This document shows, in pieces, positions 51,492 through 64,000 of a stretch of 64,000 bases of DNA (position 1 is its first letter; every line of letters starts with the position of its first letter). A program made the position numbers and the translations under genes. This DNA is from Pavona decussata. Lineage: Eukaryota. The notes beneath the pieces were generated by a model that saw only the letters and a program-made list of their open reading frames with translations, was not told the DNA's origin and made no database searches. The stretch is from contig CDRNST010000191.1 of the NCBI GenBank assembly GCA_977016875.1, forward strand, positions 992,001 through 1,056,000, in the 5' to 3' direction.

Positions 51492-53444
51492 CTCACATTC
51501 GTTTCAAGTGAAATACCGTACGTTACCATCTATCAGTGGTTTAAAATTCCAACGTAAAGTAGGTAAAGTTGAGGGTTATAAATATAGTAATCAAACGAGT
51601 CGGTATCACTGTTTTGTAACCTGATATTATCATAAAAGAGCCCCCCATATTCAATGCCTTTTAACTATTTTGCTGAAATTAAATTAGCGAACCAATCACA
51701 TCCTTCCCATAACTCCACAGGGATTTTAAAGTGATCGAAGCATGCTCAAGTTAATAACTTTGTTTTAAGCCATATGTACGAACAATACCAAATGAGTACA
51801 ATGGCTTTTCTGGTCAAGCTTTATTAAAGACGTTTTCATAATTGCGTTTTTTACTAAACCTCTATTTGGTGCAGAATCCGAAGTTTAGTTATTTCCTATT
51901 TGTGATTTCTTAAACTGTTGGAAACTTTTTTGGTCAAATTCATTCCTAATTAATTTGTCATATGTGTGCTGACTATAAGTAAATAAGCTGGTATTTATCG
52001 CTTTTCATTTCTTGCTAGGGCAGCTCATTCTAGTTTAATCTTGTGAAAAATTACACCAAACTTTAAAATCCGATTAAAATTTATTTCCAAAAGTATAAGA
52101 AAACAGCACCAGAGACAGTATTATTCATTTGACTTATTGCTTTACGATTTGCTCCACAAACCTAAAAGTAAGAACCACCTTGTACAGCGTAATAAACAGT
52201 ACAACAGGAAAGTGCTGCTCAGCAGCCTTTCATTTGATAGTACATCACACTTTAGGATTTCATCCATGGACTCAAAATTTAGAACCACATTGTACGGCAT
52301 AGGAAACAATACCACTGGAAAGCACTGCTCGGGAGCTTTCATTTCTTGGAGCAAGGTTGGAAACAAGTGTACAACATAATGAACAGAGTCACAGTAAGGA
52401 AACGTTCAACTGAGCTTTCATTTGAAATTATACATTGAACCTAATTTGTGGACATAACTGGTTCGATTTTTTGACTTAAAGTGTTAATGAATTGTACGTG
52501 ACTCTGATATCATTAACTCTGTCCTTATTCATAAATTCGGTTACCGCCTTTATTCAAATGAAAAGAATAAACATAGTAAGTTCTAATGATGATGTATTTA
52601 ATAAACTGTGGTTCCACCCACTTCAAAGAGAAGCCGTTCTTTTGTTTTCTTCAGTTTCTAGAATCTGTAATAGTTAAGTTTCGTGATCGACTTGCCATGT
52701 AACTATAACGACTGTACACCTCTCAAGAAAAAATCACCCCCTTTTTTTTCAATCTGACTAAGATGAATCATCGTTAAACAGCTTGTAAGATTCCAAGCAA
52801 ACTTGCAAATTGAAACTCTTAACTTTCTCTAGACTCTGTGGGTTGTTTGTACGGATTGGGTGTCCTGGTTTACGTCAGGATTCACTGCCGGATTTTGAGG
52901 ATGAAGTCGTGAGGAGTGGGTGGGAGTGCAGAGTTACCACATTAAGTTCAGTCGTCTCTATTTCTTATGTCATCCTTCCTTTACCCTGGAAACGTTTGCA
53001 CATAACCTCCAGGAAAGTAGATACTTTTAACAGCCTTCAAAGTAGCACTTGGTGAGCAGCCCGTTTTTGAAAGGAAAGGTTTATTCTATTTAGGTTTTTG
53101 AGTACAACCCAACAAAATTGATCGGACCTTTCTAAAATGGGTATACAGACGTTTATACAGAAACCTCAAGTTACAACTCAAAAGGAATCCCGACACCAGC
53201 TAGTGATCATGAGTTATTTATTTCAAAGTGACTGATGAGCATGAATACTAAAATTTTATTTCAGTTATAGAAATAGCCAAGATTAACAGCGTGCTCTCCT
53301 AAAATGTGGGCGTTGTTTAAAAATCTAAAACGAAGTGAATTGCGAAGGGATTAATTGCTCAGTAAGCGGCCTCTTTGATATTTTGTCTTCGTTATATTGT
53401 TAAATCTTCAGAATCTTACCAAGGCACGCGGTCCGAAGCATCAT

Positions 53445-53716
53445 ATACAGCTGTTTCGACAAGGATTGTCCAAAAAAGCGAAAAAGCGTACGCGACAATG
53501 TCGAAATTAAGGTATAGTCTGGGAAATACTCAATAAATTTCAATAAAAGCTCAGAATCCATAATGCCTCGACCGTATAGCGAAGACTTGAGATGGCGGGC
53601 AATATGGATTCTGAGCGTTTTTTGAAATTTATTGGGTATTTTCCAAACTACCTTTCGGCATTGTCGCGTACGCTTTACGCTTGTTTTGGACAATCTTTGT
53701 CAAAACAGCTGTATAC
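53445..53716. mobile_element. MITE-like inverted-repeat element
   Basis: atacagctgtttcgacaaggattgtccaaaa versus ttttggacaatctttgtcaaaacagctgtat. Confidence 0.65.
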
Positions 53717-54193
53717 ATCCTGATCATGTCACTTAGCTTGAATGTAGAGAAATCAAACTAAGCGTTCTATTAAAAAAGTCTGTTTGCTGTCCGCCCGAGA
53801 TAAAAGTGCCAGCGCTCATTTCATTCTCGGAACTCGAACTTTATTGTTATGAATTTGTAGTTCACCACCGAAGTCAATAACTTCGGCGTATGATTTCCCA
53901 TTTCATTTTAATGATTAAAATTACGTACAGAAATACCGAGTCTACTGCAATACGAACTGAGAAAATTAAGAAATATTATTCTTAATTAAGTTTATTCTTC
54001 ATGGTCAAGTTATGTTAGGTCTCTGTTACTGAATGCCTCTTATATCAGTGTAATAATAGCATTCCTGACCATTAGCCTATCCAGCAGGGGAGAATTTTGG
54101 CCATTTTGGTCTTTAAATGGGTTAATAGCAAAACACACGTATAGTTCAGTTTGAAATATTGATAATGAAAATTAAGAGTCTTAAGTTCTGGAT

Positions 54194-54484
54194 CCCGGGG
54201 GGGGGAGGGGAGGGGGGTACTAAAAAAGACTTAATATGGGGAGGCTCCGCCCCGAGGTTCGACCCCTTACCCTTTTACATACCATTTTTGGCAGAAAAGG
54301 TAACCCTTTCGTATACCTTCCATTGGAAAATAATGCATGAAAGGCCCCTTTAAATACCTAAATGACAGATTTCCCTACCCTTTCATATACTTCGACACGT
54401 GAAATCCCTACCCTTTGCGTGAAAAAGGAACCCCTATCGGACGGAGCCTCCCCGTATAGGCCATTATAGGGGGTACCCCCCGGG
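54194..54484. mobile_element. CCCGGG-ended non-autonomous element
   Basis: Ends cccgggggg / cccccggg; flanks ttctggat / ctctggat (8-bp TSD with one mismatch); same type as 17504-18105. Confidence 0.65.
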
Positions 54485-55790
54485 CTCTGGATACTCTCTT
54501 CAACACTAACCCTTCATCCGGTCCCTTCTACCCAACCTTGTTTCTCCCCCTTCTGAAGCGAAGTGAGTTGTTTCACAGTTGTAAAGATCTCTATTCTCAG
54601 TTTAAAGTCAACCTGAAACACTTCGCAGGCTGGCCAAAGTTTTCAATATTTTATATACTTACGAGAAAAAACATTGTCTTCTCCCGTTCCCCCCCCCCCC
54701 CCCCTCCCCCGTCCGCATATTTGATGACCATTATGACGACAAACGGTTGATAAAAATCTTAAACAAATTGACGCAGATTCAGGAATTAAGAATTCAGACA
54801 AAACATGGAATAACTGGTCAAATATAAACCGCACGCAAAGCGCCATTGTCAGATATCTAACTATGTCTTTGTCAACGCAATAGAATCCAATATTTAAGCC
54901 ATTTGCGTATTTTCCAACATTACCTCGTATCTAATCCAGAAAAAGTTACAAGCAACAAAGCGTTCACCATTTTGATCAATATCGACCTCTATTTATCGAT
55001 TATCGATGGAGGACCATCGTTGAGTAGTCAGGCAATGTGGCGACAAATTAAAATTGAGAGAACATGTCGAGAAAACAGCTGATTTGATTTGCCTCTAAAC
55101 TCTCACAACCCACATCGAAGAAGTCTATAGAAAAGCACGAAGGAGAATAATAATTTTCAAAGGATTAATTAACACCTACTTAAAAGCCACACAACTTTTT
55201 AAGTTAAGTTCCTCAGTTTCCTCGAGTTATCTAATGAATCTCAATTTGTTGTTACTTTTCTACATCGTTCTGATGGTTTAAAACAGCTGTAGAAAAGAAT
55301 CGGTCGCCTGCGAAGTTTTAGTTTTGAGAACTTTTGTTTACTTTCAGTAAAACAAAGACATTTTTTTCTGAATATCTATTCATGGCATTTTATGAATACA
55401 TAATGAAGCGATTCTTTTATTCACTTATTGACATGAATAAACAACTTCGCTTTGCTATGTGACCTTTATGTTTTTAACACTTGAAGCGCGCTCACGTCTC
55501 TAAACACAAGATGACTGGCTTCTAGAAACAACCATTTAAAGTTCGTGTTTTTAAGCTCTTAGAGGGTGGATATTACGCCAACAGCCTTTACACGGTCATG
55601 AGGCCGTCGACAAATTAAATTAGCTCAAACAAAAGCTCTTAGGGGCTCATGTTTATGTAATGTAGCTAGGAGCATTCTTGTGATAGAGAGTTGAAACTCC
55701 GTTCAAGCGTGAATGAGCAGCCAAAGCTAGTGAGTGTTGTTTGAATCGCTTACTGACAAACATGTTTACACCCAAGAAGGCAAGTGCAAC

Positions 55791-57845
55791 ATGGTGAATG
55801 AAACAAGCACTCTCCCAGACTATGCTGCGGACATCTCTTCCTTGGATACACGATCTGGCGCTGCCATTGCGTTTCAAGCTGCTTCTATGGTCATAATTAT
55901 GACTGTTGCGCTTGGAGGCAATCTTCTGATTCTAGTCGCCATTTACATCGACAAGACACTTCAAATAATCACCAACGTTTTCATCATCAACCTTGCTTGT
56001 GCCGACCTGCTCTTAGCGATCATAGGAATGCCCTTCACTCTCGCTTCTTCCATCACCTATGACTGGATATTTGGCAACACATGGTGCAAGGTTAATGGCA
56101 TGGCCAACTCTTTGTTTTGTATCGCTTCTATACTCACTCTTGCCGCGGTCTCAATCGACCGCTACTTTGCGATTATCTACCCGTTAAGGTATACTACGTG
56201 GATAACTAACAAAGTCGCGGCTGGTATTATCGTTTACATCTGGTGTCACGCGCTACTTATGGCCTGCCTGCCTTTGACCGACTGGTCGAAGTATGCCTTC
56301 ATTCGCTCAGAATCTATCTGTACAATTCAATGGGAATACAGCATCGCATACACGTTATTTCTCTTCTCCGTTTGCTTTTTTCTCCCTCTCGGCGTGATGA
56401 TGTTTACGTATCTGAGAATTTTTCGTACTGCTAAGAAGGCATCCAGTAAAATTGTTCCCGTTACAGGTGAGATCGAAGGAAAAGAAGAACCTAGCACAAG
56501 TGAGTTTAACTCATGTTACGAGAGTCGAACAAACTTAAGCCTCGCGGGATTACCCGCACGTTCTGTTCTTCCAACTGAAGAACTTATGAACAAAAGTGGA
56601 GTTTCTCTAAATAGTGACATTTACTACGATCGGCCCTTCTCGGGTCATCAAGCAGCGTTCACAGTCTTTAATGAAGGAAACGAATTAGGAAAACAAGCAG
56701 AAAATGTAAACACAGAAGTTTATCAGCTTTCTAAAGACTCTGGTCTCGAGGAAGCAAACGATGGCGCATCAATTTTGTTAAGACCTAGAAAATGGCGACG
56801 AACTTCAAGTGCTTATGATAGTGTGGATACTGTTAGTGTTCAGAATAGTAGTAATGGAAGCTTACAAGATCCAGTTTTTGAAACTACTTATACAGAACCA
56901 CTGACCAAAAACCACAAAGGAGGTGTACAATATGCACCGCCGAGAGAACGAGACACATTGTACGTGAACTCAACATTTGCTAAAATAAATAAAACCGGTG
57001 AGCACAGGAAGAACGGAATCATTTATTTACCCCCTTTACAAAACACGACAAGAAAAGGGGAAATTGAAAACACTGATACGAGATTTGACGTTGGTCAACA
57101 ACCGGCGGAAACCGATAGCTTAAACAATAACAATGCTAAATCAAAAGAATTTACGGCAGAAAACACTGACGCAAAGGATGTGGATGAAAATTCACCGGTT
57201 GCTGATGTAAACGCCAAGAACGAAGACATGACCGAAAACAGACTTAACCAATTAAATTATTTATCAGTTCCAAGGAATGGTCAACCTCGAGAAGAAACCT
57301 TTCAAGGGGAAGCAGACGGTAATAAACCCTTAAATATTCCAGTGGTTGTTTCTCGTTGCTCTTCAACCTCGTCTGTTACTCCTTCTGCCAATGGAGCTCA
57401 ACCAAATAACACTGAATATCAAACTTACGGTAGAACGACTTCCGCCACACATAAACTGACAAGGAAGAAGAAGCTGTCGACAGCCTCAATCGTAAGCTTA
57501 ATGGGGCCCAACTCGTTCAGAGCATTTAGTAAATCGTCTCTGGCTCTAATGAAACTACGAAAAAAGAAAGATGTTCAAGCGCGCGCAAAAATGCGCCGAG
57601 AAACTAAAGCCGCCAAGACCTTGCTTATCGTTGTGGGAACTTTTGTGCTGTGTTGGACTCCACACTTTATAGGAATATTCTGCTTCCTAATTGAAGGGTG
57701 TTCTTGGCCCGATGAATTCTTTGCTATCACCACATGGCTGGCCATGTTGAATTCTGCCTGTAATCCTGTTATATACGGAGTTATGAGTCGGCAGTTTAGA
57801 AAAAGATTCAAACAGATTTTACAATGCAAAAGGGGTTTCTTTTGA
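55791..57845 (+). CDS. Intronless rhodopsin-family (class A) GPCR, GPR161-like or aminergic-like orphan, with very long ICL3
   Basis: GN in TM1, NLACADLL, WIFGNTWC, SIDRYFAI, CFFLP, CWTP, NSACNPVIYG, helix 8 FRKRF. N-terminal NET sequon. First in-frame ATG at 55791. Confidence 0.92.
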   Translation: MVNETSTLPDYAADISSLDTRSGAAIAFQAASMVIIMTVALGGNLLILVAIYIDKTLQIITNVFIINLACADLLLAIIGMPFTLASSITYDWIFGNTWCKVNGMANSLFCIASILTLAAVSIDRYFAIIYPLRYTTWITNKVAAGIIVYIWCHALLMACLPLTDWSKYAFIRSESICTIQWEYSIAYTLFLFSVCFFLPLGVMMFTYLRIFRTAKKASSKIVPVTGEIEGKEEPSTSEFNSCYESRTNLSLAGLPARSVLPTEELMNKSGVSLNSDIYYDRPFSGHQAAFTVFNEGNELGKQAENVNTEVYQLSKDSGLEEANDGASILLRPRKWRRTSSAYDSVDTVSVQNSSNGSLQDPVFETTYTEPLTKNHKGGVQYAPPRERDTLYVNSTFAKINKTGEHRKNGIIYLPPLQNTTRKGEIENTDTRFDVGQQPAETDSLNNNNAKSKEFTAENTDAKDVDENSPVADVNAKNEDMTENRLNQLNYLSVPRNGQPREETFQGEADGNKPLNIPVVVSRCSSTSSVTPSANGAQPNNTEYQTYGRTTSATHKLTRKKKLSTASIVSLMGPNSFRAFSKSSLALMKLRKKKDVQARAKMRRETKAAKTLLIVVGTFVLCWTPHFIGIFCFLIEGCSWPDEFFAITTWLAMLNSACNPVIYGVMSRQFRKRFKQILQCKRGFF

Positions 57846-60800
57846 ATACCCTCTGCGATATACATTACGAAGAGCGAAAAACAGAGTTTAACAGTTTTTT
57901 AAAAAATAATAACATGATCTGGAAGAGAAAACGATTTAATTTTTCATTGCCACCGCACGGCAGACAAGAAACATCGAAAGAATGATAATGTTTTAAACAA
58001 GATGAAATGAGTGAGCTCAATTTTCGTTTATAATTTAGCATGTCAAAAAAGTGAAGTGTAAGGATACAAAAAAGAGATTTTTAAAGATTTAATTCTATTG
58101 TTAAATATAATCTATTTTATTGTTTCTCAGCTTGGTGATATTGATTTCCTTACATCTTCTTTGTTCCCATGTTAGACCTTATGGTTTGTTTTGCGGGACG
58201 CCATCCTGCTACCCTGCAGAGATTCAAATTGAAATTACTAAATTAACTTCAACTATCAATGTTCGTCGTGAATTTAAAATTATCATTCAATTCCCAAGAG
58301 TGTTGAAATTTGAGTCTGTCTTATTCAGTGTGTTCCGATTATTGATGAAATACCAGATTCTCACATTTGAAAATAAAAGAAACGATGCAATTACTTACAA
58401 AGAAATCCAGAATATTGACCTTCGAGGTTTGAAATCTTGATCATTTGATACTAATGTTTGGTATTCAGTTTCATTAGCTTTAATCGAACCTCTTTGTCTT
58501 TAACTTTTGAATCTTTTGTTGGACCAAGGTCGTATTAGTTTTCTCTTATTGTTGCTGGGTTTTAAAATTTAAATGCACTTTAAATAGAACTTTCTAAAAT
58601 ACAAAATTCGCTTTTGAGTTCTCAGTGGTTAATTGGTTTTGCTACTGACTATTGTGCAAGAGCCTAGCTAGTTATTTTACTGACATCAGATAAACTATGG
58701 CCTTTCGTCTTCAGAAGATTCTAGTAGAATTTTAAGACTGGTAATGAGTCACGTATCTCATTGCACTTACTCTTTTAGAAAATGAACAAGTTTGAAAATG
58801 GGCGGCAAGATTTCCAAATATTTTTAAAAACATAATTATTATAAGCGAGAGTACAATAGGAAAGTTCAGCTGGAGCTGAGACGTTTTAAAATTCGTTTCA
58901 ATTATTATTACGGACACCAAGTTTAATGTGCGGCATGACGACTTCACTAGAACTACCTTGTTTAGTATGATAAAAAGCACTATAGGACAATACTGTTGAA
59001 TGCCTGATCCACAGACTAAAATGAAGTCATAATTTATTTTCTTGGTACACAGCCTCACGGAAAAATGTCGTTCAAAATATTTCACAGTGTAACACTGTAT
59101 GTGTTCACGGCTCCTGGTTTTTACCTTAGATGATCGACAAGGATGGAATTGTCTTGTGCAGCATAATATACTGTAAACAGCACCACAGGAAAGTACTGCT
59201 GCTTCATTCTTCGATTTAAAGGTTACACTTTAGGATTTTATTCATTCATTCATTGAGAGAAAGACTGAAATGCATGTGTAAACTTTTCGTAACCAAAAGC
59301 ATTGAGCCTACTAAAACCTTTTAGCAGTATCGATTCTTTGGATAGGTGGACGGCCATACGCAGAAAACCGTCAAACTTTCCCACGGACTCGTCTTTTTAG
59401 TTGATTCAGTTTTGCTCCTTCTTTTTCTTGTCATTTGGTTGGTTTGGTGGATCTTGGGTCTTCTCTCTTTCTGCCGGAAAATTTGGAATGTGATGTTGGA
59501 ACAAATTGGAATTCTTTATCATGTGGAAGTAATTGCTAGGTAGGCCTTAATTTTTCCTCCAATTTTGCGAGGAAAAACTCCTTGCTTTTTGGGAATATCT
59601 TTAACTAAATGGATTTGATTTTACAGATTTAAGCCCTGTCCCAAACTGAACTAAGCATGTGTACCAAGCTCGTTCCTTGCTCAGTGCACCAACTGAGCAT
59701 CTCACTCCACCAAACTGATGACGTCAAAAGTGACATATCTTGTGTACCCAGAAATCCCTCATAAATCAGGTATCGGCAGAGAGTGAAATTAATTACGTAA
59801 TTATTCTTTTCAAGGAAAGCTACTGAATAATTTAATTAAACAAAACTGATTACCTCAGAATTTTTTCTTGTAGCTCTATAGCCGGACTGTAGCAGGCAGG
59901 CGGATGAAAAGGGGACTATAAAAGGCTACGAGTTGTTTAGATTCATCTTAACTGTTGGTGACTTAAATGATGGTATCGAAGCCAGGCTTAGTTTCATTTT
60001 ATAAAATCAAATATTCATTAGCACATTACAAGACCACCTAATATACACGTCAAGGCTTGATGACAAGAATAGAGGATTTTAGTAAAATCTTTGTGCCCAA
60101 AATGGACTAGTATTGTCTTGTCGATTGGCCAGTCACACCAAGTTTACAAATGGCGACCTTGGTCGTGGGGTGTGGTTAGTCCACCTTGTCTGTTTTGGAA
60201 CACAGCTGAACGGACTTATAAAGCCTTATTCAAATTAAAAGCTCTGCACAACAAATGCTGCTATCCGAATAGAAGTCCTGAAACAATCAATAGATTATAG
60301 TCAGAATAGTTATGTTGCTGGGTACTTTAGTTCATAAATCAGGAAAACGAACTGAGGGAGTAAGGCAACGACAGTTTTTTTAACATTTGCTGTTTTTTAA
60401 CGACAAATAAGTTCAGTGAATTTAATCCATAATCTATATGGAGAGTCTTGAGCGAGCTGTACAAAGGGACAAGTTGGGTCAAATAACTTAGAAAATAACT
60501 GAGCTTATTATTTACAACAAAGAGTATTGTCGCCAACCCTTTCGAACTGCTAATCTCCAATTCAAAATCTATTTTCCATCGCTAGTAAACGATATTGCTT
60601 AGTCATTTTTTTGTGACATGCGTCACAAATAAACCAATGACGTCACTGTCATAATCCCACATGTAATTGGCCTATTGTTTTGGTTTAGTTTTTTCCCATC
60701 TTTATAGCTACTTATTTTAGTGTGTGCCAAGCCTGTTAAATAATTAAACCTTAGTCCAACAAAGCCAATAATGCAAGGCTTTGGCGTTCCGTTTTATTGA

Positions 60801-61567
60801 AGTTTCAGCCCGCAATTATCAGTTGCAAAGGACAAATAATTACTTTGACCGAGAAGACAAAAGAAGGCATTTCAACATGAAACGTCCCGCCAGCATGTAT
60901 ATATAATTCACTTGACAAAGGCCGTCCAAGTGTGATTACTATTCATCCTTAAGTAATAACTATTTTTCTTGATTGCCCCGCTTCGTTTGTTTGGTTTTCT
61001 CTCAGACGTGTTATGAGTGACAAGTGTTGATTATTTCGCTTATGTTTCTCTATCAATAGTCTCGCTTCAGCGCAGGAATTCGCGTTTTAAGCCGATTAGA
61101 CGAGTCTTAGCGTCAAAATAATCTCCTAGTTTTGCAATTCCTTTCACAAGAAATCTCTGAAAGGGTTGTTTACTGAACGTAGGATTCCAGCAGCAATATA
61201 ATTCTGGCTCTCTCTTTTGCACTCGCTTGAAATCGCAAAGCACGGGCACAATCGTCAAGGAATTTCAGCTGCTTTGACACGAAACAAATCACTGAAGTGG
61301 AATTAACACTTACTCTGCCAATGGAATTGAATTTTTAGTTCCAATGAAGGTGAGAGTACTGCGATTGTTCAAGCATCAAAATAACACGAAAATGCGTTAA
61401 ACTATCTCAAACTTTCAGACACGAATACGACACATTATTCTACAGACCAAGAATTCGGTGTTATCAATAATTGAAGTTGTAGTACTTTGCTGGAATCTGG
61501 TTTCCGTGGCGCGTGCTGTACGTCGTGCTTGCACGGTTTTTCGTGTCACTGCCTGTCGGCAACGTCA

Positions 61568-62314
61568 ATGATCTACGTTCACGGTGAGATGTGGCGACGC
61601 AGAGAATCGATGGAAGGCAATCCTCAGCTTCTTACGCTAGTCCATGGAGTGGATCGTAGAGGACGACCCGTGATCAGAGCTTACACAGGAAATGCTCGCC
61701 ATCCCGTGTACCAAGAGTATCAAAATGTTGTCCACAAGTATTATGAAAAGGCTGCAAGGCTCTCAGAGCTTTCCAGGAATGCGAATGGTGAGTCACCTTA
61801 CAGCGTAAACAACAGTTCTTCAGGTTATTGCTCCCATAGCAGTAGTCCTTCTACTCAGAGCAATCGTGTGGTGACTAAATCACCTGCAATCATTCCAGAG
61901 TTAAAAGGAATGCGAGACATGGTTTCAAGGCTGCGATGTTCGCTGGCGATACACTCTGGTCTTAGGCCAAATCAAAACGGTGAGTTGAACTTTCTTCCCG
62001 TGATTCCGGTTCGCTGTCGAAAGCCACCGACTGCGGAGTGTTCGAAGAAATGTTTTCCTAAAGTGAAATCAGCAACGAACAAACAAGATCATAAGAAAGA
62101 CTTAAACAAAGGCTGCCACAGTGCACCACAGGCTAAGACTCTACCGAACAACGCAGAATGCTGCAAAGGAAACAGCAGTGCTTGTTCCAAAGAAAAGAAA
62201 AAGAAACGAAAGAAAAAGAAAGTTCCGCATCCCGTGAAATCGAAACCGAAGCTTAAACCTGTAATTGATTTTGGCCCGTTCAGACCCATTAGCTCAAAAT
62301 ATTTGATAACCTAA
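61568..62314 (+). CDS. Uncharacterised Ser/Lys-rich protein (about 250 aa)
   Basis: Long open frame (61487-62314) with first ATG at 61568; Ser-rich middle and poly-Lys C-terminus. A possible upstream exon ends at AAG|GTGAG near 61349. Confidence 0.6.
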   Translation: MIYVHGEMWRRRESMEGNPQLLTLVHGVDRRGRPVIRAYTGNARHPVYQEYQNVVHKYYEKAARLSELSRNANGESPYSVNNSSSGYCSHSSSPSTQSNRVVTKSPAIIPELKGMRDMVSRLRCSLAIHSGLRPNQNGELNFLPVIPVRCRKPPTAECSKKCFPKVKSATNKQDHKKDLNKGCHSAPQAKTLPNNAECCKGNSSACSKEKKKKRKKKKVPHPVKSKPKLKPVIDFGPFRPISSKYLIT

Positions 62315-62711
62315 CAACGTAATCAATAGTATTCAATTCGCGTAGTTCTCGTGTAGCAAATATTTTGAGAAACTAGGACAATATTGTTACTCTGCTGCAG
62401 CCCACCAGCTTGTACGATTTTCTCTCTATTTATTTACATTGCGTATTAATAATTTCCTTTTTCGAATCAGATGTCTCCTTGTGAACACCTTAATCCGGCA
62501 ATAAACAATTGGATATCAAGTCATCCGTGAGCTGGAACTTTCTACAGTCACGTTCTACTGTATTTATTTTGGCATTGTAAATATATCTGATCAAGGCAAC
62601 CCAATGATTCATTTTGGAGAATATCTTTCCTGCAAGCCAAAATCACCTCGATGGTACAAGTATCATTTTAAGATTTTTATATTGCGGAGCAATCTTAGCA
62701 TTCTGTTTCCC

Positions 62712-64000
62712 CAGGAGCTTATCACCCGGAGCCTCCATCTACCCTATACAGGGGCAACAGCGTATTTACACCTTGGGCTATTTTTAGGATTGAGCATTTC
62801 CCGCGAAATTTGTTACATGATACCTTTTGCGTCCGCATTTGAACATTGAAAAAAAAATGGTGGACAGAAGGCAATAGTTTTGCAAGGAGGTGGTAGCGCA
62901 ACTCCACCGTTCCAAGTCCTTTATTTTGCTCTCGTCGATTCCCCCCTTTTCCTAATAAACTACCCATGATACAATGCGGTGTTTTGTGATCTTCATGTAC
63001 AAGAGCGATGGGAAATGGCCGGGAAGTTTGTGTCCGCGTGAAGACATTTGGGCTTGTGGAGGCGTCTTGTCTTTGAGGGGATACAGGTTTTTCGTTCATT
63101 TCCTGTTGGTTCTTTTACATTTTTACACGTTCGTATCGACTATATGAATAATAGAATTGAATTGAGGAATACTAAACACACCGTTGTGTGCGCTCCAGCG
63201 TGTCCGTGAATGTTAGCAAAAAGCTTGTGCAGAAGTTGATTTTCATCTTGGCTTCCGCTGCTGGTAGCGTCTTTCAACTTATAAATGAAGCGTTTTGGCA
63301 AAACAGTTTTTTCAGGAGATCAGACGCAGGAAAAGTTTGCGAAAAAGAGCGACGATTCTGGATCTTGTACGCCTTCCAACGATGGCAATGTTCCGGCCTC
63401 TACTTCGAGCTCGCCTTCGACTTCTGAAGGACGTCCTCTCTCAATAAAGAGCCTCTTGAGACAGAAAATCCAGGGAAAACTCAGTACCGAAAAGGAATCT
63501 GGTGATTCATCGAGCAGAGAACGAAGGCAACTCGACGAGTGGTGTGGGAATTTGAAAACATCTGGATTTATTTGCGAAGTGATTTCCTTGACCGATCGTT
63601 ACTCGCCATTTCTTCATGAAGAAAATAATGACATCCCTGGTTCATCAGCGTTAGTAGTTTACCCATCTAAGGATCATACGTACAGCAGTGAAACGGGACC
63701 TTTCCAGCCGGTAAGACTTGTCATTTTCCCCGATGGTTCTTGGCGTTTGCAGTGTCCTATCTATGAATTTCAGGATGTGTCAAAAGGGAAACTTTCGCCT
63801 TTCAGTTGTGAAGAAGTGCTTTCTCTAGTCTCTAGTTGGTTTACCCAGTACCACGCGTTGTGTCCTGGTCTAATTGGTCTAGAAGATGTTGAAGGTAAAC
63901 TGGGTTATATTCCTAAAAATGTGAGAGTACTAGCAGACCCTGTTAAGATTGTGCAGGCGGTTTCTTGTAAAGTTTGGCATGTTCCAAGCTCCCAAGCACG
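62712..64000 (+). mobile_element. Second copy of the P-like transposon (left end; runs off the window)
   Basis: Starts exactly at the TIR CAGGAGCTTATCACCC and is collinear with 18542-19830 at offset 44170. I saw one substitution (18727 G versus 62897 C). The flank differs (GTTTCCC). Confidence 0.95.
63285..64000 (+). CDS. Transposase exon 1 of the second copy (partial)
   Basis: Matches 19115 onward ([13 protein letters not shown]...) and stays open to the window end. Confidence 0.88.
   Translation, partial: MKRFGKTVFSGDQTQEKFAKKSDDSGSCTPSNDGNVPASTSSSPSTSEGRPLSIKSLLRQKIQGKLSTEKESGDSSSRERRQLDEWCGNLKTSGFICEVISLTDRYSPFLHEENNDIPGSSALVVYPSKDHTYSSETGPFQPVRLVIFPDGSWRLQCPIYEFQDVSKGKLSPFSCEEVLSLVSSWFTQYHALCPGLIGLEDVEGKLGYIPKNVRVLADPVKIVQAVSCKVWHVPSSQA

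Noticed and set aside
59340-59600. Purine-biased stretch that looks like a minus-strand exon
   Set aside because: All three minus frames hit stops within about 45 codons; no partner exons found.

Overview
AT-rich animal genomic DNA with GT-AG introns, dense MITEs/SINEs and one N-gap. The repeat families suggest a cnidarian, probably a stony coral (inference). Host genes: two minus-strand 5-exon type-B carboxylesterase paralogues (one intact with KDEL, one catalytically dead and broken at its 5' end), a small two-Ig-domain gene between them, four intronless basic low-complexity ORFs, and an intronless class A GPCR. The main result is an intact-looking 8,024-bp P-element-superfamily DNA transposon (18542-26565) with a 7-bp TSD and bipartite, asymmetrically spaced TIRs. 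It has an unusual two-gene, tail-to-tail layout. Gene 1 is an 8-exon DDE transposase with no THAP domain that ends in a cysteine-protease domain resembling herpes-tegument (VTD-type) deubiquitinases. Gene 2 is an intronless opposite-strand ORF resembling the C-terminal domain of P/THAP9 transposases, the part missing from gene 1. The family looks recently active: a near-identical copy starts at 62712, and a 20-bp TIR-TIR remnant with its own 7-bp TSD lies about 500 bp from the full copy (27059-27078). Also present: AcademH-type elements with 9-10-bp TSDs (one with a RecQ DEAH relic), a hAT derivative with a 5-bp TSD, nested MITEs and degenerate hammerhead-like motifs. All exon models and family assignments were made by eye, without searches.
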